A stretch of DNA of 64,000 bases from contig NZ_JAYRCW010000002.1 in assembly GCF_041909755.1 (NCBI RefSeq), positions 2,565 to 66,564 on the forward strand, in the 5' to 3' direction. The position numbers and the translations under genes are program-made. This document shows positions 57,266 to 64,000 of the stretch, piece by piece (position 1 is the first letter of the stretch; every line of letters starts with the position of its first letter). The notes below the pieces were generated by a model. The model had not been told where the DNA came from. It did not search any database and worked only from the letters and a program-made list of their open reading frames with translations. This DNA comes from Sandaracinobacter sp. GTDB taxonomy: Bacteria; Pseudomonadota; Alphaproteobacteria; Sphingomonadales; Sphingomonadaceae.

Positions 57266-58845
57266 ACCGGCCCGGCAGCGGGATCGAGGAGATCGTGGCG
57301 AACCGGGCCAGCGCGCGCGCCCGCACCATGCGCGCCGCCATCCTGTGCGCGGTCGCCGCCGCTTTCGCCGGATCAGCGCTGCTGGGCCTTTCCGGCTGGT
57401 TTCTGGTCGGGGCCGGGCTTGCCGGGCTCGCCGGCGCGGCGGGCGCCTTCAACTATCTCGTCCCCAGCGCCTTCATCCGGCTGGCCGCCATCCTGCGCAC
57501 CGGCGGCCGCTATGGCGAGCGGCTGCTGTCCCACAAGGCGGCAATCCTTTCGCTGGCCGAAGTGCGGACGGATCTTCTCGCCCGGCTCGCCGCGACCGAC
57601 CCGCGCCTTGCGACCTCCTTTTCGACGGGCCAATCGGTCGCGCGGCTGACAGGCGGGGTGGACGCGCTCGAGGCCCGGATGGTGCAGGCTCCGGCGCGCC
57701 CGGCGGCCATCGCGGCCGCGCTGGTCGCGCTCGCGCTGTGCGGCTGGGCGAGCCCGATGGCGCTCCCCCTGCTGGCGCTGGCGCTGCTGGCGCTCCCGGC
57801 CGCGCTGGGGCGGCTCGCCGCCCGGATCGTCGATCCCCACATCGCACGCGCCGAAACCCTGCAACAGCGCCTGAAGGCCGAACTGGCCGAACTGCTGATG
57901 TCGGGGCCGGAACTCGCGGCCTATGGCCTCGCGGAAACAGCGACGGCCGGGCTGCGCCGGTCAGCCGCCGAGATGGACAGCGCGCGCCTCGCCGCCGCAC
58001 GGGGCGGCGCAGTCGCATCGGGGCTGCTCGCGGCGGCCGGGCCGCTCCTCGCGGCGCTTGTCTTCGCCCTGTCGCGCGGCGACGCCGCCGCCACGGCCGC
58101 CGCCGCACTTGCCGTCCTCGTCTCGGCGGAATCCCTGGGCGGCCCGCTGCGCTTCCGGCTGGAACAGGCCCGGTCGCAGACCGGCCTTGCTGAACTGGAT
58201 CTCCTGGCCGCCGAAGCCGCACAGCCCTCGCGCCCGTTGCCGGCAGGTCCGCAACCCCTCGGCCTTGCAGGCGAACATCTGAACCCCGGGGAGAGGATGA
58301 TTCTCACCGGCCGCTCGGGCTCGGGCAAGACCTCGCTGCTGGAAACGCTCGCCGGGCTTCGGGGGCATCCGGCTGTTCAGGCCGGTGTGGGCGGCCTCAG
58401 GGCGCAGGATGTGGCGTTCGAAGGGCTGTCCGCCCAGTTCGCGCTGGCTCCGCAGCACCCGGCCCTGCTGGCCGGCACGGTAGAGGACAATCTGCGCCTC
58501 GCCCGATCCGGCCTTGCGGAGGAGGAATTGTGGGCGGCGCTGGAAACGGCCTGCCTTGCTGCGGATGTCCGGGCGCTGCCGCACGGCCTCGCCACATTCC
58601 TGGGCGATGGCGGTGCGCGGCTGTCGGGTGGGCAGGTCAAGCGGCTGGCACTTGCCCGCGCCCTCCTCGCCGGCCGGCCATGGCTGCTCCTCGACGAGCC
58701 GACGGAGGGGCTGGACGCCGCCACCGAAGCGGAAGTCGCCCGCCGCCTGACGATCTGGCTGGACGAAACGGGAAGCGGGGCGGTGATCGCAACCCACCGC
58801 CCCGCCGTCCGGGCCATCGCGGCCCGGCATCTCGATCTGGGATAG
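57262..58845 (+). CDS. cydC: thiol-reductant ABC exporter subunit CydC
   Basis: 527 aa with Walker A GRSGSGKTS, signature LSGGQVKR and Walker B WLLLDEP. ATGA overlap with cydD. Confidence 0.8.
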   Translation: MNRPGSGIEEIVANRASARARTMRAAILCAVAAAFAGSALLGLSGWFLVGAGLAGLAGAAGAFNYLVPSAFIRLAAILRTGGRYGERLLSHKAAILSLAEVRTDLLARLAATDPRLATSFSTGQSVARLTGGVDALEARMVQAPARPAAIAAALVALALCGWASPMALPLLALALLALPAALGRLAARIVDPHIARAETLQQRLKAELAELLMSGPELAAYGLAETATAGLRRSAAEMDSARLAAARGGAVASGLLAAAGPLLAALVFALSRGDAAATAAAALAVLVSAESLGGPLRFRLEQARSQTGLAELDLLAAEAAQPSRPLPAGPQPLGLAGEHLNPGERMILTGRSGSGKTSLLETLAGLRGHPAVQAGVGGLRAQDVAFEGLSAQFALAPQHPALLAGTVEDNLRLARSGLAEEELWAALETACLAADVRALPHGLATFLGDGGARLSGGQVKRLALARALLAGRPWLLLDEPTEGLDAATEAEVARRLTIWLDETGSGAVIATHRPAVRAIAARHLDLG

Positions 58846-58851
58846 CGCCGC

Positions 58852-59862
58852 TCAGGCGGCCTTCGTCGCCCCGCCTGCCGGCACGCGGAACCCGGCCAGC
58901 CGCTGGTCCAGGATGGCTTCCGCCTCCCCGATGATCCGGCGGATCAGCTCGTCGCAGGTGGGAATGTCGTGGATCAGGCCCTGCACCATGCCCGCCCAGA
59001 ACACGCCCTTCGAAAGATCGCCGGTTTCCAGGAGTTCCTTTCCGGCCACGCCAGAGACCAGCTCGCGCACATCCTCGAACTTCGCGTCCGGGTTCTTCAG
59101 GCGGCGCACCACCTCGTCAGAGACATCGCTCTTCCCCACGCGGGCAGTGTTGTGGAAGTTGCGGAAGATCAGGTGGCTGCCCCGTTCGTCATTCTCGATA
59201 TATTTCTGCTTCACATTGTCGTGAACGGGCGCTTCCTTCGTGGCGCAGAAGCGGGTGCCCATGTTGATCCCTTCGGCCCCCAGCGCCAGCGCGGCAACCA
59301 GCCCGCGCCCGTCGCCGAACCCGCCAGAGGCCAGCATCGGGATCTTCACCTTGTCGGCCGCCGCCGGGATCAGGATCAGGCCGGGGATATCATCCTCGCC
59401 GGGGTGGCCGGCGCATTCGAAGCCGTCGATCGAAATGATGTCCACGCCCTTGCGCTCGGCCGACAGCGCGTGGCGGACGGCGGTGCACTTGTGCAGGATG
59501 ACGGTGCCGGGAACGGCCTTCACCACTTCCCACACCTCCGCCACAGCCTGCGTGCCGGCGGTTTCGAAGATGCGCACGCCGGCATCCAGCGCGGCCTTCG
59601 CAAAGCCCACATAATCGGGCGACATCGTCGTGGGGAACACGGTGACATTCACGCCGAACGGCTTCGACGTCATCCCCCGGCAGCGCTCCACCTCTTCGGC
59701 CAGCGCCTTCGGGCTGGGCTGCGTCAGCGCCGTCAGGATGCCGAGACCGCCCGCGTTCGAAACGGCGGAGGCCAGTTCGGCAATCCCGATGGACTGCATT
59801 CCCCCCTGGACGATCGGATGCTCGATCCCGAGCATGTCCGTGATGCGGGTACGAAACGGCAT
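58852..59862 (-). CDS. nitronate monooxygenase / NAD(P)H-dependent flavin oxidoreductase (NMO family)
   Basis: 336 aa with IVQGGMQSIGIAELASAVSNAGGLGIL and GFECAGHPGE. Confidence 0.85.
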   Translation of the reverse strand: MPFRTRITDMLGIEHPIVQGGMQSIGIAELASAVSNAGGLGILTALTQPSPKALAEEVERCRGMTSKPFGVNVTVFPTTMSPDYVGFAKAALDAGVRIFETAGTQAVAEVWEVVKAVPGTVILHKCTAVRHALSAERKGVDIISIDGFECAGHPGEDDIPGLILIPAAADKVKIPMLASGGFGDGRGLVAALALGAEGINMGTRFCATKEAPVHDNVKQKYIENDERGSHLIFRNFHNTARVGKSDVSDEVVRRLKNPDAKFEDVRELVSGVAGKELLETGDLSKGVFWAGMVQGLIHDIPTCDELIRRIIGEAEAILDQRLAGFRVPAGGATKAA

Positions 59863-59956
59863 GGCTAGAAACTCCCTCTGATCTCGCCTTCCCCCTAGCG
59901 CGTCTGCCGCACCGCCCGCACCTCACCTCAATGCCAGCCGCGCAAGCGTTTCCGGC

Positions 59957-60394
59957 TCAGGCGACCGCCAGGCTGACGTCGATGTTGCCGCGCACCGCAT
60001 GGCTGTAGGGGCACACCGCGTCGGCCGCCGCCACAAGCGCCTCGGCCGCCGCGCGATCCACGCCCGGAACCGAAACCTTCAGCGCCACTTCCAGCCCGAA
60101 GCCGCCGTCCGGGCGCGGGCCGATGCCCACCGTCGCCTGCACGGTTGCATCCGCAGGCACCCGCGCCAGCGAACCGTCGCGCGCGGACACAGCCTTCATC
60201 GCGCTCAGGAAGCAGGCAGCAAACCCGGTTGCGAACAGCTGCTCGGGGTTCACGCCCTTGCCGGCGCCGCCCAGTTCGCGGGGCATGCCCATCGTCACTT
60301 CGAAACTGCCGTCGTCCAGCCCGGAGGTGCCGTCGCGGCCGCCAACGGCGGTGGCGCTGGTGCGATAAAGCGTCTGGATTGCCATCAAAGTCAT
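59957..60394 (-). CDS. ohr: organic hydroperoxide resistance protein
   Basis: OsmC/Ohr fold with the two conserved cysteines in GFAACFLSA and AVCPYSHA. An alternative start at ATG 60385 has better spacing from GAAGAGG. Confidence 0.9.
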   Translation of the reverse strand: MTLMAIQTLYRTSATAVGGRDGTSGLDDGSFEVTMGMPRELGGAGKGVNPEQLFATGFAACFLSAMKAVSARDGSLARVPADATVQATVGIGPRPDGGFGLEVALKVSVPGVDRAAAEALVAAADAVCPYSHAVRGNIDVSLAVA

Positions 60395-60434
60395 CCTCTT
60401 CCCGAATGTGCAGCGGCCCGGCCCGCGCCGAACT

Positions 60435-60465
60435 ATATCGCTATCGATTTCATCGTGTGCGATAT
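60435..60465. promoter_or_regulatory. inverted repeat ATATCGC-N17-GCGATAT in the ohr/ohrR intergenic region (candidate OhrR operator/promoter)
   Basis: 7-bp arms in the only AT-rich patch between the divergent ohr and ohrR genes. Confidence 0.35.
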
Positions 60466-60527
60466 GAATGGCGAATCAGCCCGTGTCAATGCTTGCGATA
60501 AGGTCGTGCACGATCTATCTGTCCGCC

Positions 60528-60980
60528 ATGGCAACGCACCCGCATCCGGACCCTGTCGATCCCTTCGCGGACTATCTCTGCTTTTCGCTCTATGCCGCGA
60601 ACCTGGCCGTCGGCCGGCGCTACAAGCCGCTGCTGGATCCGCTCGACCTCACCTATCCGCAATATCTGGTGCTGGTGGCGCTGCGCGAAACCGGTGCCCA
60701 GCCTGTCGGCGCATTGGGGGACAGGCTTTGCCTCGAAACCAACACCCTCACCCCGCTGCTGAAGCGGATGGAGGCGGCCGGGCTCGTCACCCGGCGGCGC
60801 AATCCGGCCGACGAACGGGTCGTGCTGGTCGGCCTGTCTGCGAAGGGCGCCGATCTGGCCGAACGGGCCCGCGCGGTGCCCGCGCAGCTGATGGACGGCC
60901 GCATGGCGGATATTCCCCGGCTTTCAGCGCTGAACGCCGAATTGAAGGCGCTGCGCGCCGCCCTCGGCGAACCGGCCTGA
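60528..60980 (+). CDS. ohrR: MarR-family organic hydroperoxide sensor/repressor
   Basis: ATG 60528 gives 150 aa. The N-terminal sensing Cys lies in YLCFSLYAAN, and the winged helix reads PQYLVLVAL...LKRMEAAGLVTRRRNPADERVVLV. Divergent from ohr. Confidence 0.8.
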   Translation: MATHPHPDPVDPFADYLCFSLYAANLAVGRRYKPLLDPLDLTYPQYLVLVALRETGAQPVGALGDRLCLETNTLTPLLKRMEAAGLVTRRRNPADERVVLVGLSAKGADLAERARAVPAQLMDGRMADIPRLSALNAELKALRAALGEPA

Positions 60981-61082
60981 CACATCCGGCGCGGCCCTGC
61001 ACCGGACTTGCCGCCGCCGATCGCGCAAAGTCTGCCAAATGGGTTGATATGTGCCCTCCACAGGCGCATTGGGCATGCCAAG

Positions 61083-61538
61083 ATGCTGAACATGAAGTCG
61101 CGCTACGCCATGCGTGCGCTCCTCTATCTGGCCGGCCGCCATGGCGAAGGGCCCGTTCAGATCGGCGAGATCGCCGACACCCAGCGGATTCCGCGCAAGT
61201 TCCTCACCGTGATCCTCTCGGAACTCTCCCGCGAAGGCATCATCGGCACGAAGCGCGGCCGGGCCGGCGGCTACTGGCTGGAAAAAGGCCCGTCCGAGAT
61301 CAGCTATGGCGACATCGTCCGCATCACGCGCGGATCGCTGGCGCTGGTGCCCTGCGCCGCCCGGCTCGCCTATGAACCCTGCGACAATTGCGTGCCGGAA
61401 AGCGAATGCCATCTGCGGCTGGTGATGCTGGCCGTGCGCGACGCGACCGCCGACGTGCTCGACCGCCTGACGCTGGCGGATCCGCCGCCGGGCACGGTCG
61501 ACCTCTCCCCTCCTCCGATCGCCGCCGCCGCGCACTAA
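61083..61538 (+). CDS. Rrf2-family transcriptional regulator with a Cys cluster
   Basis: MLNMKSRYAMRALLYLA...IGEIADTQRIPRKFLTVILSELSREGIIGTKRGRAGGYWL, with a C-terminal PCAARLAYEPCDNCVPESEC. An alternative ATG is at 61092. Confidence 0.8.
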   Translation: MLNMKSRYAMRALLYLAGRHGEGPVQIGEIADTQRIPRKFLTVILSELSREGIIGTKRGRAGGYWLEKGPSEISYGDIVRITRGSLALVPCAARLAYEPCDNCVPESECHLRLVMLAVRDATADVLDRLTLADPPPGTVDLSPPPIAAAAH

Positions 61539-61672
61539 CCTCCGTTTCCGGCTGAAGGCCCCGCGCACAAGCCGCGCTTTGCCGCCGCAAAGCCTCGCTT
61601 GACCATTTCCCTTCTTGTCTATCGGTTCAGTTGAGTTACCCTCATGCACCATTCAGGAAGAGGGAGACGACG

Positions 61673-61858
61673 ATGCCGAACGACAGTCGATTCGCCGCCC
61701 CGGCCACACCGCGCGCCGAGGCCGTGCCGGAGGCCGCCGTCGCGCAGATCGTCGCGGCGCTGGGGCGCATCCGCTTCGGCGACATCCGCCTCACCGTCCA
61801 TGAGGGCCGCCTCGTCCAGCTCGACATCACGGAGCGCACGCGCTTCGCCCAGACCTGA
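61673..61858 (+). CDS. YezD/DUF2292-family small protein
   Basis: ATG 61673 follows GAAGAGGGAGA. The 61-aa product contains IRFGDIRLTVHEGRLVQLDITERTRF, the DUF2292 pattern. Confidence 0.65.
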   Translation: MPNDSRFAAPATPRAEAVPEAAVAQIVAALGRIRFGDIRLTVHEGRLVQLDITERTRFAQT

Positions 61859-61932
61859 CCCCACAAGCCAACTGCCTGGCGACCGGACCACCGGAGTCAT
61901 GCCTCTCTCCAGACAACTGACGGAGGATCCGC

Positions 61933-64000
61933 ATGATCTCTCATTTCCTGCTCGCCCCAGCCGCTCTCGCCGTCGCAAACCCTGCCCCCGCGCAGCCTGC
62001 CGCCGAACCTCAGGTCGCCGCCGAAGCCGGCGCGGACGACACTGCGATCGTCGTCACTGCCCGCCGCCGGGCGGAAAACATCCAAGACGTGCCTGTCGCC
62101 ATTTCGGTGGTCGATGGCGCGACCCTGGATTCGAAGGGCGTTTTCAACCTGAACCGGCTGACGCAGCTGCAACCCTCGCTGCAATTCTTCTCCACCAACC
62201 CGCGGAACACCTTCATCAACATTCGCGGCATCGGCGCGCCCTTCGGCCTCACGAACGACGGCTTCGAACAGGGCGTCGGCGTCTATGTCGATCAGGTCTA
62301 TTACAACCGCATCGCCTCGGCGACGCTGGATTTCGTGGACGTGGAACAGATCGAGGTGCTGCGCGGCCCGCAAGGCACGCTCTACGGCAAGAACACCACC
62401 GCCGGGGCCATCAACATCACCACCCGCGCGCCCAGCTTCGAGTTCGAGGGGCGCGCCGAAGTCTCCATCGGCAACCTCAATTTCAAGCAGGCGAAGGCCT
62501 CCGTCTCCGGCCCGTTGAGCGACACTCTGGCGGCGCGCATCAGCGTCTCGGCAACAGACCGGCGCGGCACGATCTACAATGTCGCGACAGACACATGGAT
62601 CAACTCGCAGGATAATGTGGGCGTGCGCGCTGCGCTGCTGTGGAAGCCGACGGAAACCTTCCGCATCACCTTCTCCGGCGACTGGAACCTTCAGGATCCC
62701 ATCTGCTGCGGCCAGATCTATGCGCGGCTCGGCACCACGCAGCGGGTCGCCAGCCGTCAATACCCGGCGCTGACGGCGCTGTTCCCCGGCTATCAGGTGC
62801 CCAGCACCAATCCGTTCGACAGGGTGACCGATCTCGATGCCGACATCGCCGCCCGCAACGAACTGGGCGGCCTGTCCGTCCGCGCCGAATGGGATGTCGG
62901 GCCGGGCACCATCACCTCCATTTCGGCCTGGCGCTACTGGAACTGGGGGCCAAAGAACGACCGGGATTTCACCGGGCTGCCCGTCTACACCAAGGTCAAC
63001 AACCCGACGAAACAGGATCAGTGGACGCAGGAGCTGCGCTATGCCTTCGATACGGGCAGGATCGACGCCGTCGTCGGCGGCTTCCTCTTCTATCAGAAGA
63101 TCCGCACCAGCGGCGTGCAGGAATCCGGCCCGGCCGCCAGCGCCTGGCTGCTGAACCCGTCCAGCGCGCTGTCGAAGAACCCGGCCGTGCTGAACGGGGT
63201 GATCGCCGAGAACGACATCCGGCTCGACAATCTGAGCCTTGCCGGTTTCGCCAAGCTGAACTGGAAGGCGGGAGACCGCTTCACCGTCTCGCCCGGCGTC
63301 CGCATCAACTATGACAAGAAGGACGGCTATTATGATTCCGTGGTGACGGGCAACGCCTCGAACGGCACCCGCCAGCTCGTCACCAACGATACGACGCACC
63401 CCTACTATAATGATCCATGGATCGCGGCGCAGCGCGGCCTGCAATCCTCCCAGTTCTTCGAACCCGGCTTCTCCGCCTGGAACCTCTCGTTCGACCTCAA
63501 CCTGTCCTACCAGCTGTCGGACGATGTGCTGGGCTATGCCACCTATGCGCGCTCCTTCAAGACGGGCGGCATCAACCTGAACGGCGTGCCCAACCTGTCC
63601 AACGGGCTTCCGGCACTGGAAGTCGCCCAGATCAAGCCGGAAAAGGTGGATCATTTCGAGCTGGGCCTGAAAAGCCAGTTCTGGGATCGGCAGGCCACCC
63701 TGAACCTCGCCGCCTACTGGACGGAGATCCGCGATTTCCAGGCCAGCGTGATCAGCAACATCTCAGGCTCCAGCACATTGCGCGGCTATCTGGCGAATGC
63801 CGACAAGGTGCGGGTTCGCGGGGTGGAGGCGGATTTCTCCGTCCGTCCGTCGGACCGCTTCAACGCCTATCTGTCCGGCGCCTTCACCGATCACCGGTTT
63901 GTGCGCTTCGTCGACGCCCCCTGCCCGCCCGAACTGGCCGGCGGCGGCACCGGCACGCCCCCTGGCCCACCCTCCACGCCGGGCGCCAACAGCCCCGCCA
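61933..64000 (+). CDS. TonB-dependent outer-membrane receptor (3' end beyond the window)
   Basis: Not in the ORF track because it has no stop in the window. My translation from ATG 61933, which follows GGAGGA, gives MISHFLLAPAALAVANPAPAQ...TAIVVTARRRAENIQDVPVAISVV...IEVLRGPQGTLYGKNTTAGAINITT...KPEKVDHFELGLK...YWTEIRDFQ. It stays open to position 64000. Confidence 0.88.
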   Translation, partial: MISHFLLAPAALAVANPAPAQPAAEPQVAAEAGADDTAIVVTARRRAENIQDVPVAISVVDGATLDSKGVFNLNRLTQLQPSLQFFSTNPRNTFINIRGIGAPFGLTNDGFEQGVGVYVDQVYYNRIASATLDFVDVEQIEVLRGPQGTLYGKNTTAGAINITTRAPSFEFEGRAEVSIGNLNFKQAKASVSGPLSDTLAARISVSATDRRGTIYNVATDTWINSQDNVGVRAALLWKPTETFRITFSGDWNLQDPICCGQIYARLGTTQRVASRQYPALTALFPGYQVPSTNPFDRVTDLDADIAARNELGGLSVRAEWDVGPGTITSISAWRYWNWGPKNDRDFTGLPVYTKVNNPTKQDQWTQELRYAFDTGRIDAVVGGFLFYQKIRTSGVQESGPAASAWLLNPSSALSKNPAVLNGVIAENDIRLDNLSLAGFAKLNWKAGDRFTVSPGVRINYDKKDGYYDSVVTGNASNGTRQLVTNDTTHPYYNDPWIAAQRGLQSSQFFEPGFSAWNLSFDLNLSYQLSDDVLGYATYARSFKTGGINLNGVPNLSNGLPALEVAQIKPEKVDHFELGLKSQFWDRQATLNLAAYWTEIRDFQASVISNISGSSTLRGYLANADKVRVRGVEADFSVRPSDRFNAYLSGAFTDHRFVRFVDAPCPPELAGGGTGTPPGPPSTPGANSPA

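Overview
GC-rich segment (about two-thirds G+C by eye, not computed). It reads like chromosome from a Sphingomonadaceae-type alphaproteobacterium; that taxon is my inference from four TonB-dependent receptors, many glutathione S-transferases and strongly GC3-biased codons. I call 61 protein-coding genes (two cut by the window edges) and one tRNA-Arg(ACG). I see no rRNA, CRISPR, IS element, integrase, prophage or recognisable defence genes.

Layout:
- 1-15 kb: gatB, a gtrB/gtrA-type glycosylation cassette, gatCA, a four-gene beta-oxidation-like operon, prfC, and secreted hydrolases. This part is mostly housekeeping.
- 15-29.8 kb: an accessory catabolic cluster beside the tRNA, with three YfcG-like GSTs plus a fourth GST, SnoaL-like proteins, SDRs, an MFS transporter, a lactonase, VOC proteins, a TonB receptor, an acyl-CoA synthetase and a MetE-like protein.
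- 29.8-36.5 kb: a tightly coupled six-gene operon (acyl-CoA ligase, hydrolase, APH-fold kinase, divergent enolase paralog, 2-hydroxyacid dehydrogenase, alpha/beta-fold protein lacking its Ser nucleophile).
- 36.5-44.2 kb: MarR modules and TonB receptors.
- 44.2-55.6 kb: one unbroken minus-strand string, cydABX, methyltransferase, arsR-like, trxC, then a function-unknown DUF2126 / ATP-grasp+alpha-E / transglutaminase triad.
- 55.7-64 kb: cydDC, ohr/ohrR, and Rrf2-YezD-TonB receptor.

Most worth a second look:
- the transglutaminase/ATP-grasp triad and a perfect 16-bp palindrome in front of it;
- the enolase-paralog operon;
- two recurring AT-rich cis-elements, TAG-N4-CTAAG (six copies) and GTCAAT-N3-ATTGAC (three copies), which tie several promoters together.

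Limits: all family assignments come from motifs I recognise by eye, with no searches run. The ORF track writes M for GTG/TTG starts. Several track ORFs carry spurious N-terminal extensions, which I trimmed.
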